Shown: positions 1 through 9,289 of the stretch, piece by piece | How the letters are laid out: the number at the start of each line of letters is the position of its first letter | Numbering within the stretch: the stretch's first letter is position 1 | From: Polyangiaceae bacterium | GTDB taxonomy: Bacteria; Myxococcota_A; Polyangia; Polyangiales; Polyangiaceae | Length of the DNA stretch: 64,000 bases | Direction: 5' to 3' | Assembly: GCA_050287085.1 (NCBI GenBank) | Contig: JBNKBE010000011.1 | Coordinates: 64,001 to 128,000, forward strand | Notes under the pieces: model-generated | What the model was told of the DNA's origin: nothing | The model's input: the letters and a program-made list of their open reading frames with translations, nothing else | Databases searched by the model: none | Position numbers and translations under genes: made by a program

Positions 1-103
1 TACTCATGAACTCGGATGCCACCGGCGGCCGTGGACGTGAAGTGGGGCCTGCCTTCTTCGGGTGTATCGACGCCCTCCTGATACCCTCTTGTAAACTCTC
101 CAT
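1..103 (-). CDS. Possible 5' end of a gene running off the left edge (MESLQEGIRRASIHPKKAG...)
   Basis: ATG at 103 preceded by a G-rich SD-like AAGGGGGG; frame open to the window edge; no recognisable motif. Confidence 0.25.
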   Translation of the reverse strand, partial: MESLQEGIRRASIHPKKAGPTSRPRPPVASEFMS

Positions 104-389
104 GGTCCCCCCTTTCACGAGCGGTTGAATAGCAGAGAGTCGCACATGCCCATCCGCTGTGCACGAAGAAAGAGAAACGCGCCCATCGGTGCAAAGCAGA
201 AAGACCGTGCCAACTGGAGGACAGCCGTTCACTTTGCGGTGCGCATCCCTTTTGCATGCTCCGCCAGGCAATAGCCCAAAGGGAACGACCACGGTGTGCT
301 TGCCCGCGCTCCAACGTCGCGTTATGAGCTCCCTACGGAACGGACTCCCGCTCGATGACCCAGCCCAAGTCCCCCGCGATAGCACCGAC

Positions 390-734
390 ATGAACTCACC
401 TGAAAACACCGACGAAATCCAGCCAACGTCGACCACGAGCCCCACGCGCAACACTCACGCCAGCGCCAACACCAGCGTGACCACGGCTACCCTGACGCGC
501 GCGGCTATCGCGGGCCTTGCGCTCGCCGCTTGCAGCAAGCCCAGCTCAGACAGCACCCCGTCGGCCACGGCAGAGCCGGCCACCACTCAAGTTGCGACCC
601 AGGACAAAGACTGCTGCATGGGCAAGAACGAGTGCAAAGGCAAAGGAGGGTGTGCCGTTCCCGAGTCACACGCCTGCGCCGGGCAGAACGAGTGCAAAGG
701 CAAGGGTGGCTGCAACATGCACTGCCCCAAGTAG
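390..734 (+). CDS. Small Cys-rich lipoprotein; bufferin (BufA2)-like / MNIO-associated RiPP precursor-like peptide
   Basis: Lipobox LALAA-C, Ser/Thr/Ala linker, C-terminal domain with 8 Cys and two CxGxNECKGKGGC repeats. Alternative start GTG at 477 gives a canonical-length lipoprotein signal. Confidence 0.7.
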   Translation: MNSPENTDEIQPTSTTSPTRNTHASANTSVTTATLTRAAIAGLALAACSKPSSDSTPSATAEPATTQVATQDKDCCMGKNECKGKGGCAVPESHACAGQNECKGKGGCNMHCPK

Positions 735-801
735 GCGCTGAGTGCCGACGCTGGCCTAGTCTTCCCGGGGCGAGAGTTGTGCCAGGGCGCCGTGCACCCC
801 A

Positions 802-2544
802 TCATAGGTCGCGACGGTCCAAAGGTCTTTCGACGTTCGCCTCCTCGTAGGTTCGCATTTCCTGAAGCAGTGCTATCCCATCTGCCAGTAGGCTCACCCC
901 CAACACGGCACCGCTACCCTCTCCCAGCCGCATAGCAAGGTCCAGGCCTGGTTCTAGTCCGAGGGCTTCCAGAGCCAAAGCATGTCCGGGTTCGCTACCC
1001 AGATGGGAGGCCAGTAGCACACCCTTCACCCCAGAGGTGCGCCGCTCGGCAGCCAACGCGGCTACCGTGACAATAAAGCCGTCTAACATGACGAGGCGGC
1101 GCTCAGCCCTGGCCTGTTCGATAGCGCCGATCAATGCCGCAATCTCATAGCCACCCCAGGCCACCAACGCGGCGTCCACGTTCGGCGGCTTGTGCTCCAA
1201 CGCGCGCCGAACCACCTCGCGCTTGCGGATGAGCCCGGGTGCAACCACCCCGCTACCAGGGCCCACCGTGACATCAGCAGGCAGGTCCAGTAGCCACGCC
1301 AGCAAACACGATGCCGAGGTGGTGTTGCCGATCCCCATCTCACCTAGTGCCAGCACAGTAGCGTTTGAAGCCGCTACTGCGGCGCGCCCGGCAGCCAATG
1401 CAAGCTCCAGCTCATCAGCCGTCATCGCCGGACCTCTTGCTAGGTTGCGGGTGCCACGTCGAACCTTGCGCTGCTCAAGGCCGGTGGCGGTACCAAAGTC
1501 ATGATCGACACCGACATCGACCACCCGCAGTGACAGGCCGTGACGGCGACACAAGACGTTGGATGCAGCTCCGCCGGACAGAAACTGATACACCATTTGA
1601 GCGGTGGCTTGCTGCCGGTACGCACTGACTCCCTCCTCCGTAACCCCGTGATCGGCGGCAAATAGGATGAGCTCCGGTGCTCGAAGCTCCGGCATCGGCC
1701 GCCCTTGGACCTGGGCCAACTTGGTCACCCAGGTCTCCAGTCGTCCCAAGCTACCCACGGGCTTTGTGAGCGCATCCCACCGCGCTTGGGTGGCGTCTAC
1801 ACCACCTCGGGGCGCGCCTGAGCCAAGCTCCTCGGGGGCGCCCCCGGCAGCGCGAGCGTGTTCCCGACGGCGCTGAGTGGGCCGTGGCATCTTGATATCC
1901 CAATGCTCCGCGTGCACCAAGTGCTCAACGGACAGTCTCTCGCGCCAGCCAGTGCGTTCCAGCATTGGCGCCGGGGAGAATTCCACGGGGAAGCCCATGG
2001 TCAGGTAAGCCACAGGCAGCACATCTTCCGGTAGACCCAAGAGGCTGGCCACAAAGTCCGGCTCATGAAGGCTCATCCAGCCAACCCCCAACCCCTCGGC
2101 GCGCGCTGCGAGCCATAGGTTCTGCACCGCCAGGCACGTCGAGTACTCGTCCATATGGCGCTGAGTGTGGCGCCCGAGAACGTTGGGCCCGCCGCGACTG
2201 CGATCACAGGTTACGAGCAGACTTATCGGCGCGTCCAAGAGCCCCTGTAGCTTCAGTGAACTGTACTTGACCCGACGATCCCCCTCGTGCGCCTGCGCGG
2301 CGCCCTCCTGAACTCGCAAGAAGTGCTGATACATCTTGCGCTTGGTTGCCTCCGCCCGGATCACGACGAAGTCCCAGGGCTGCATGAAACCAACGCTTGG
2401 CGCGTGGTGGGCAGCCTCGATGACACGCCACAAGAGCTCATCCGGCACCGGCTCAGGACGATAGTTCCGGATATCGCGACGAGCGAAGATCGCTCGATAC
2501 ACGGCGGCTCGCTCTGCGGAGGTGAAGGCGCTCTGCTCCGACAT
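802..2544 (-). CDS. bluB-cobT: Fused 5,6-dimethylbenzimidazole synthase (BluB) / nicotinate-nucleotide-DMB phosphoribosyltransferase (CobT)
   Basis: N-half: AIFARRDIR, HAPSVGFMQPWDF, YSTCLAVQNLWLAARAEGLGVGW (BluB). C-half: LTKPVGSLGRLE, FAADHG, GEMGIGNTT, MRLGEGSG (CobT). Start set at MSEQSAFT (2544). Confidence 0.92.
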   Translation of the reverse strand: MSEQSAFTSAERAAVYRAIFARRDIRNYRPEPVPDELLWRVIEAAHHAPSVGFMQPWDFVVIRAEATKRKMYQHFLRVQEGAAQAHEGDRRVKYSSLKLQGLLDAPISLLVTCDRSRGGPNVLGRHTQRHMDEYSTCLAVQNLWLAARAEGLGVGWMSLHEPDFVASLLGLPEDVLPVAYLTMGFPVEFSPAPMLERTGWRERLSVEHLVHAEHWDIKMPRPTQRRREHARAAGGAPEELGSGAPRGGVDATQARWDALTKPVGSLGRLETWVTKLAQVQGRPMPELRAPELILFAADHGVTEEGVSAYRQQATAQMVYQFLSGGAASNVLCRRHGLSLRVVDVGVDHDFGTATGLEQRKVRRGTRNLARGPAMTADELELALAAGRAAVAASNATVLALGEMGIGNTTSASCLLAWLLDLPADVTVGPGSGVVAPGLIRKREVVRRALEHKPPNVDAALVAWGGYEIAALIGAIEQARAERRLVMLDGFIVTVAALAAERRTSGVKGVLLASHLGSEPGHALALEALGLEPGLDLAMRLGEGSGAVLGVSLLADGIALLQEMRTYEEANVERPLDRRDL

Positions 2545-2600
2545 GACGCCGTCGGCATGGCATTCCCATCGCGTCCTGGCAACCCCAGCGGCGAAACGGC

Positions 2601-2873
2601 CTAGCGCCAGAACTCGACGTAGAAGCGGACAGCCCCTTGAGGCGCTACCCAATGCGTTTGCACCGGCGCTGCGATTCCGAAGGTTCCAGCCGCGAGCTGA
2701 TGTGTCTCGCCCGTCTCCTGCAGCGTGAAGGCCAGTTGGCCCGATTCGACTATCACCTTGGCCCAAACCCCGGAACGGGTCCTATGCTCACGCGTCAACG
2801 CGATGGGGACATCATCCTCCGTAAACGTACGAGTGCGCTTGTAGGGACAAACGCCCGGCGGCAGGGACAACAT
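2601..2873 (-). CDS. DUF1971-family small cupin-like protein (TehB N-terminal-like)
   Basis: YKRTRTFTEDDVP...HRTRSGVWAK.IVESG.L...H.V...FYVEF pattern typical of DUF1971. Confidence 0.75.
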   Translation of the reverse strand: MLSLPPGVCPYKRTRTFTEDDVPIALTREHRTRSGVWAKVIVESGQLAFTLQETGETHQLAAGTFGIAAPVQTHWVAPQGAVRFYVEFWR

Positions 2874-2981
2874 GCTTCTTCATGCCACATCGGTGCCCGG
2901 GGCGCTCGACGTTCCCATCCCGGGCCCAAAGACCCAATTGCTTCAGACCCCGCCCCGGCCGCCGTTCAGGGTGTTGTCGTG

Positions 2982-3566
2982 ATGTCCATCCAGATCACTC
3001 CCGGCACCGAATCCGGCTCGAAGGTGCCCGCTGTCGGCACGGCAGGTCCGGGCTCGGCGCGAGAAGCGACGCCCCAAGAGCCCTTTGGACCGTCGTCCAA
3101 GGTATCCCTGTCGAAGACGGCTCGAGACTCCGCAGCGGGTCGCTCGGACCCAAGCGGAACGGGTCCCGAGCCGCTCTCTGAAGGTGAGCGACGCGAAGTG
3201 CAAGAGCTTCGAAAGCGGGACCAGGAAGTGCGCGCCCACGAACAGGCCCACAAGGGGGCGGGAGGCGGACTTGCCGGCGCCGTACACCTCGAGTACGAGC
3301 GAGGCCCGGACGGAGCTCGCTACGCAGTAGGTGGTCACGTTGGGATCGATGTATCGCCGGTCGAGGGTGATCCAAAGGCGACACTGCAGAAAATGGCCCA
3401 AGTCAGGCGCGCCGCTCTAGCTCCGGCCGATCCGTCGAGCGCAGACCGCCAGGTCGCCGCACGGGCTGCGGGTCATGCATCGCAAGCGCGCGCCGAACTC
3501 GCACAAAGTGAGCCCGACAGCGCAAGCCAAACGAATCACCCGACGCCCGGGCGGGTTGTCCAGTAG
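2982..3566 (+). CDS. SprA-related family protein
   Basis: LRKRDQEVRAHEQAH...YERGPDG.RYAVGGHV.ID...ALAPADPSSADRQVAA signature; start set at MSIQIT. Confidence 0.85.
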   Translation: MSIQITPGTESGSKVPAVGTAGPGSAREATPQEPFGPSSKVSLSKTARDSAAGRSDPSGTGPEPLSEGERREVQELRKRDQEVRAHEQAHKGAGGGLAGAVHLEYERGPDGARYAVGGHVGIDVSPVEGDPKATLQKMAQVRRAALAPADPSSADRQVAARAAGHASQARAELAQSEPDSASQTNHPTPGRVVQ

Positions 3567-3576
3567 CGCCCTCGGC

Positions 3577-5835
3577 TCAAAGCGCCGGAACGTGCAGCAG
3601 CGGAAAGCTTGGTGATACGGCGATCACCGGCCGCAGTCGACCGTCCCCCTCGAAACTGAACTCGAGCTGCACGCCGCCGATCGGCACAACGCCGTTGGCG
3701 AGCAGCTGAGCGGTGCGCTCGCCAAGGGCTTCGTCGAGCATTTTGCGATCGATACGCCGCGCGCGCTCAGCTCGACGTTCACACGCTTTGCGTCCGGCAC
3801 AGGCTTCCTTCAGTCCAAGTACGCCCAGCTCCTGTCGCCACAGTGCCATCCACAGCTGAAGCGTCGGCGGCGCCGCGTTGCTGCCGTTGACTTCACGCAG
3901 CAGGGCCTCCACTTTGCTCGCGTAGTCCTGACGTTCCTCCCCCGTAGCAATCAACCCCCGCAAGATCAGCAGATACCCCGTCGCAGCGATCAGCAGCTCC
4001 TGCTCATCCTGGCTTTGCACCGCCGCACGAGGCGTGCCGACAACGAGCTCGTCTAGCACTTCAACGGCGCCTGGGAGGTCACCGGAGCGCGCGCGAACAC
4101 CCGCCAGGTTGAGAACGGCTCGCAGCCGTGCACCGAGCGGCATGTCTGCGTCAGCAAGGCGCTCAGCAATCTTCACGAGATTCGAACGATTCTTCTCCGT
4201 AGGGAATAGGTGTGCTTCGGCCTCAGCCCACAACACAAGCCAATGAGAACGCTCGGGCCCAGCCAGAGGACTCTTGGCGACCCGCGCCAAGATCGGACGC
4301 ACCGTAGCTAATTCCTCCGGGCGATTGTCTGCCAACGCGCTCCACAGCGAGAGCGCCGCGAAGGGGCGCTCCATCTCGGGAAGCAGCGCGGGCAGCAGAG
4401 AGCTCAAATGAGCACTCGTCGACTGGTCCTGGGCGAGCAGCGAGAGCGCACCCAGCACCCCGGCCTGCCCCCATGCGCGAGACGCAAGCTCCCCCTCGAG
4501 GGCGGACGCGCGTTCATTCAGTTGCTCGCGCCGCGCCGGGGCGATAGCGGCGCGCGGCGAGTCCGTCTGTTCGATGGTCGCGGAGAGCGCGCTCTCGAGA
4601 GCAAAGGCAAATAGGGCAATTCCAGCGAAATCCGGACTGACCGCCGTCGACGAAGCCGCCACCTCCTGCAGCTTGGAAAGGTAGCCAAGGTAACTTTCAG
4701 CCGTCGCGCTCGTGCCCTCAGGTCCAACGCGATACATCATCGGAAGTACGTAGCGGAAGCCGAGAAAGGCCTCTACCGCCTCAACATCCCTACCGGCGCC
4801 CTGCTGATAGCTCTCGTCAAGGCGTGCGAAAACACCGTCGGCACTCGCCTTCACAAAGCCCGCGCGACACAATACGGCGTTGGGGCGCAGAACAAATGGG
4901 CACGTCGTGCCGCCTAATTTGGCGAGCACCCAGGTGGTTTCGTAGTCCAGCCGTCCACTGAGCTCTGGAGCGGCAGCCAATACCGCCAACGCCTCCTGCT
5001 CGCGTGCGAGGCGCAGCAGCGCACGCGCCTTCGCAACGGGTGCAGCGGCCGGCCCGGAAACCACCTGGGCTGCTGCAATCGCTTCGTCCAACCAAGAGTA
5101 CTGACGTTCAGCAGACTGCAACTGCGCCCGAAGCGCCTGGGCTCGCTCCACGTCACCAGCCTCCGCTGCACTCAACGCGAGCGCAGCGGTCCGTTCCGGA
5201 AGCGCCTCCAACGCCTGCAACTGCTCCAGGGCCAGCCGCTCCAACTCGGCGTCTCTCAATGCCGTTGCGCATAGCGCAATGTCCTCTAGCGCGGCTGCAT
5301 CTGGCTTTACACCTGGCTTGGTAGCAGGCGCCCGAACCTTCAGGACGTGCTGGGCCGCCACTCGCAGCAGTGCATTGGATACCTCGCCCAGGTCGTCAAA
5401 GCGACGCTCCTCGAGCCGGAGCTGAACCAGTTCATCACTTGCCACCGTGCTCGCAACCAGCGCGCGGAGTGCCTCCAGCTCGCGGCCTCCCAAGGCGAAG
5501 TGAAGCAAGGGGCGCACGGAAATGGCCGGATTGCCCGGAGTTGTCAGGGCCGTACGCTGCTCCGGTGAAAGTCGCGACGCGTGCTCCTCGAGCGTCGTCC
5601 TGATATCCGCCGGAAGCACGGAAAGAGGATCTTGCGCTTGTGCGTGGCGACTGAGCGCCTCGTGAAGCGGCGAAGGCGGCGGTGGTGCCGGCACAGACGG
5701 CGTGTTCGCCGGTGGCACCGAAACCGGAGCGAGAGGCCCGCCACAGGCGAGCGCAAGAAAGCCGGCACTCGCCGCGATCCACATCGCGCCGCGCAGCCCG
5801 TCAAGACGGGCGACCCCAATACGACTAGAAACCAT
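3577..5835 (-). CDS. Hypothetical alpha-helical (TPR-like) lipoprotein
   Basis: 752-aa ORF, lipobox LALA-C, Pro-rich linker, Ala/Leu-rich helical body. Confidence 0.65.
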   Translation of the reverse strand: MVSSRIGVARLDGLRGAMWIAASAGFLALACGGPLAPVSVPPANTPSVPAPPPPSPLHEALSRHAQAQDPLSVLPADIRTTLEEHASRLSPEQRTALTTPGNPAISVRPLLHFALGGRELEALRALVASTVASDELVQLRLEERRFDDLGEVSNALLRVAAQHVLKVRAPATKPGVKPDAAALEDIALCATALRDAELERLALEQLQALEALPERTAALALSAAEAGDVERAQALRAQLQSAERQYSWLDEAIAAAQVVSGPAAAPVAKARALLRLAREQEALAVLAAAPELSGRLDYETTWVLAKLGGTTCPFVLRPNAVLCRAGFVKASADGVFARLDESYQQGAGRDVEAVEAFLGFRYVLPMMYRVGPEGTSATAESYLGYLSKLQEVAASSTAVSPDFAGIALFAFALESALSATIEQTDSPRAAIAPARREQLNERASALEGELASRAWGQAGVLGALSLLAQDQSTSAHLSSLLPALLPEMERPFAALSLWSALADNRPEELATVRPILARVAKSPLAGPERSHWLVLWAEAEAHLFPTEKNRSNLVKIAERLADADMPLGARLRAVLNLAGVRARSGDLPGAVEVLDELVVGTPRAAVQSQDEQELLIAATGYLLILRGLIATGEERQDYASKVEALLREVNGSNAAPPTLQLWMALWRQELGVLGLKEACAGRKACERRAERARRIDRKMLDEALGERTAQLLANGVVPIGGVQLEFSFEGDGRLRPVIAVSPSFPLLHVPAL

Positions 5836-6107
5836 CGCGCGGCACCCTACACACTCGACCCGAAGTTAAAAGACCCAAGCGACGGGCGGGGCACCAGGCC
5901 TCCTCCAGCCAGCTCCGCCGGTACTCATGGGAGCGATCGAGCCGGCCCGGGTTCCAATTTGGACGCGCTACGGCGCGACATCCGAGCGGCCGCGACCCGT
6001 CCATCCCGAGTGCACGCATCCCGTCACGCCTCCGGTCGTCCTCGACTGGTGACGCCCGACGATCTCTGATATGCCGCAGCCAAACGGCCCAGCCGTTCTC
6101 CGAGGCA

Positions 6108-9100
6108 ATGACGCGAGACGACCCCCAGAGCGATCCGGCACCAACAGCGGACGCCCACGCCCCCAACGCAGAGCGCTCAACCCCGGCCAACGCCGAGCCG
6201 ACGCCCGCTGCGACCCCAGAAGCCGCTGCGAACAACGAGGCCCGAGGCGGCGACCACAACGCCCCCGCCACGAAGAAGGGTCGATGGCGCTCGCTACTGC
6301 TCGCGGCCGCCCTGCTCGGTGTGACGTTTCTTCTGATGGCCAACTCGCGCGCGCCGTCCTGGGGCGTCCAAGCGGGGCTCTGCACGACTGTCCTGGGCGT
6401 CGTCCTCCTGACCCTGCGTTTCGGGCACCGAGCCCAATGCGAGCCGGCCGCAGCGGACGCGTCTCTCGGAGGAGCCACACTCCAGGTGGGAGGTGCAGCC
6501 CTGGCCCATCTGCTCAGCGTGGGCCTTGCCACTTGGGGCGGACTGCCGCTGCACCGCGTCAGCGCCGCTATTGTGGTGACGGGAACCTTTTTGTGGCTGC
6601 TCGTCGCTGTGTTCCGCTGGATGCGGCGCGCCAAACTCACCGGTCCCGAGGCGATATGGCAACACGGCGGGTTCTGGCTTCTTGCCATCGCAAGCTGTGT
6701 ACAGCTGCCGATGCTAGGCAACTTCGGTCTGATCGATCCGTGGGAAACGCACTACGGTGAGGTGGCTCGCGAAATCTTGGCACGCGACGATTGGATCTCA
6801 CTGTGGTGGGCTCAGGACGGCTGGTTCTACACCAAGCCCATACTCAACTTCTGGCTGCAGGCGCTCAGCTTCAAGCTATTCGGCGTCCAGTACTTGCCAG
6901 GTGAAATGCTGCTCGGCGACTTGTCCGGGCGCACGCCAAGCCCCGAGTGGGCCGCGCGGATTCCGATATTCTGGCTCACGGCTGGAGCTAGCTACACGCT
7001 CTATAAGGGCTCCGCGCGACTGGTAGGAACGGCCGCTGCGGTCGCCGGCGGCTGCATTCTACTCAGCTCGCCCTACTGGTTCTTTCTCACTCGCCAAACC
7101 ATGGCGGACATGCCCTATGTGGCACCCGTTACCGCTGCGATGGGCTTTCTGCTCCTGGGCTTCTCCACCCCATCCGAAAAGCCGATTGGCGCGATACGAG
7201 TTTCGCTGGGGCAGCGGACTCTGACGCTCAACGCCTATCAGGTTCTGCTCGGCAGCGTTTTGCTGTGCAGCATTCCGCAAATCCTGTACCTGCTCGCCCA
7301 AAACATCACCCTGCAGCTCGATGCACTCTTCGACGACAGCCTCGCGAGCGACAGAGCTATTGGCTTTCACGTCCATTTCGACGATTTCAGCCGCGGGTCG
7401 GGAGGTGGTAACTGCGGACAAGCGGGCAACCGCTCCTGCGCGACCCAACGTCCCTTGTGGCCTGAGATCCAGCCGGCATACGCCGCTCTGGTCTGGACAG
7501 GCGTGCTGCTTGCCTGGCTTTGGCTTAACCGTCGCGAGTACCGTCAGCAACGCATCTACTTCGTCGCAGCGTGGCTATGCACCACCCTGGCCTTCATGGC
7601 CAAAGGCGCTCCCGCTTTAGTACTACCCCTCGCCACGGCTCTCGCCTTTGTTGTCTTGCGAGGCCGCTTCCGTGACCTTCTTCGACTCGAGTTGGCGAGC
7701 CTAGGTCTGCTGCTGGGGTGCGTTGCGCTTCCGTGGTTCGTGCAGATGTTCGCCCGCCATGGCCTTCCCTTCGTGGAGCGACTCTTCATCCACGATATGG
7801 TTAAACGTGCATTCGCCCACGTGCACGACACCAACGAGGGTGACGATGTCAGCTTCCGCTATTACATCTGGCAACTCGGCTACGGACTATTTCCTTGGGG
7901 GGGACTCGCCCTGGCCGGGGGTCTGGCGTGGTTGGAGGACCACAAGCGAAAGAACGAAGGCAAACAGATGTTTGGCCTTTTCATGCTTGTGTGGGTGCTC
8001 GTTGGATTCGGGATGTTCAGCATCACTCGGACCAAGTTCCATCACTATATTCTCCCCATAGTCCCCCCTCTGGCCGCGCTTTCGGGTCCAGTTCTGGTCC
8101 GCTTCTTCCCGGAGACCTGGCCTGCGCAGCGCGTCGCCTACCTCAAGCTGGCCGGCAGCATCCTGCTCGCAACGCTCTTGTTGCTCTTTGGCCTGACAAC
8201 CGCATTGGGTGGCTCGCTCTTGGGCTCCCCGCCCAGAGAAGTGTCAGTCTCGTCAGCGACGCTGGCTTTCCTGGCGGCGCTGGCAGGGATAGCGCTTGGG
8301 GTGTTTTCGTTTCGAAGATGGCCCCCCGATGCCTCGCCTCGCTCGCACTTCCGTCTCGGCCTTATCTCGCTTGCCGGCGCGGTGGGTGCGATGCTCGCCG
8401 GGATCGACATGGCGACGACCCTAAAGGGAGACCTCTCTGGGAACGTTCGCCTTCTACACCTATTCACCTACGAGTATAGTCGACCGTGGCCGGAGTCACT
8501 CGACTTCAGCAGCGCGTTCACTGCTTTCACGATACTCGCAACAGTGAGCCTATTGCTCCTCGGTTGGCGTCGATTTCGACCTCACGGAGCGACCCTGCTG
8601 GCGGCAACCGCCGGCTTGTGGACGCTGTGGTGCGTGGATATCTACTTTGTCATCGTAGAACCGCATTGGGGGCAACGAGACACAATCCTGGCCTACTACC
8701 GTAACCGCAATGCCCCTGACGAGCCGCTGGTTGCCTACCAGATGAACTGGAAAGGCGAGAACTTCTACACCGGCAACAAGATGGCAACCTTCGTTACGAC
8801 GCGGAAGAAGTTCAAGAAGTGGGTTACCAAGCAGCGCAAGAAGGGCGTGACGACCATGTTCTTCACGACCGAGCACTCACGCATCCGAACGCTGAAGCGC
8901 GAGCTAGACCACCCAAAACACTTCACCCAGCTCACGTCCAAGAACGAAAACAATAAGTTCTTCATGGCACGCGTAGACTTTGACGACGCAGTCGACGAAG
9001 AGCCCAAGGACGAAGCCAAGAAGGCATCTGCCGCGAACGCGCGGGACAAGCGGCCCAGTCCGAACTCGGAGATGGCCGCTCCGTCCAACATGCCTCGGCT

Positions 9101-9188
9101 GCGGCGCGACCTTTCAGCTCCCCCGGCTAGTCGCCTCCGGGTGGCACCCAAGTCTGCTCCCGACGACGACGACGCCGCGGCACGGTAG
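6108..9188 (+). CDS. ArnT/PMT-like (GT-C) integral membrane glycosyltransferase
   Basis: DPWETHYGEVARE, KPIL..W, EWAARIP, MADMPY, AKG, TKFHHYILP motifs; many TM segments. Confidence 0.85.
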   Translation: MTRDDPQSDPAPTADAHAPNAERSTPANAEPTPAATPEAAANNEARGGDHNAPATKKGRWRSLLLAAALLGVTFLLMANSRAPSWGVQAGLCTTVLGVVLLTLRFGHRAQCEPAAADASLGGATLQVGGAALAHLLSVGLATWGGLPLHRVSAAIVVTGTFLWLLVAVFRWMRRAKLTGPEAIWQHGGFWLLAIASCVQLPMLGNFGLIDPWETHYGEVAREILARDDWISLWWAQDGWFYTKPILNFWLQALSFKLFGVQYLPGEMLLGDLSGRTPSPEWAARIPIFWLTAGASYTLYKGSARLVGTAAAVAGGCILLSSPYWFFLTRQTMADMPYVAPVTAAMGFLLLGFSTPSEKPIGAIRVSLGQRTLTLNAYQVLLGSVLLCSIPQILYLLAQNITLQLDALFDDSLASDRAIGFHVHFDDFSRGSGGGNCGQAGNRSCATQRPLWPEIQPAYAALVWTGVLLAWLWLNRREYRQQRIYFVAAWLCTTLAFMAKGAPALVLPLATALAFVVLRGRFRDLLRLELASLGLLLGCVALPWFVQMFARHGLPFVERLFIHDMVKRAFAHVHDTNEGDDVSFRYYIWQLGYGLFPWGGLALAGGLAWLEDHKRKNEGKQMFGLFMLVWVLVGFGMFSITRTKFHHYILPIVPPLAALSGPVLVRFFPETWPAQRVAYLKLAGSILLATLLLLFGLTTALGGSLLGSPPREVSVSSATLAFLAALAGIALGVFSFRRWPPDASPRSHFRLGLISLAGAVGAMLAGIDMATTLKGDLSGNVRLLHLFTYEYSRPWPESLDFSSAFTAFTILATVSLLLLGWRRFRPHGATLLAATAGLWTLWCVDIYFVIVEPHWGQRDTILAYYRNRNAPDEPLVAYQMNWKGENFYTGNKMATFVTTRKKFKKWVTKQRKKGVTTMFFTTEHSRIRTLKRELDHPKHFTQLTSKNENNKFFMARVDFDDAVDEEPKDEAKKASAANARDKRPSPNSEMAAPSNMPRLRRDLSAPPASRLRVAPKSAPDDDDAAAR

Positions 9189-9289
9189 CGGCGGCGCCAA
9201 GCTCGAGACAGGGAAAGCTCGCCTATCTTCTGTCCGGCTCCTCGCGGGCAGAAGAACCACCTACCGAGGCGCACGGTCTATCGTTAGCC

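Noticed and set aside
159..389. N-terminal extension of the precursor ORF, and similar long extensions in the ORF track (2545-2766, 2637-2981, 14473-15027, 54541-54717)
   Set aside because: Non-conserved-looking sequence, mostly overlapping other genes; family similarity begins at downstream starts
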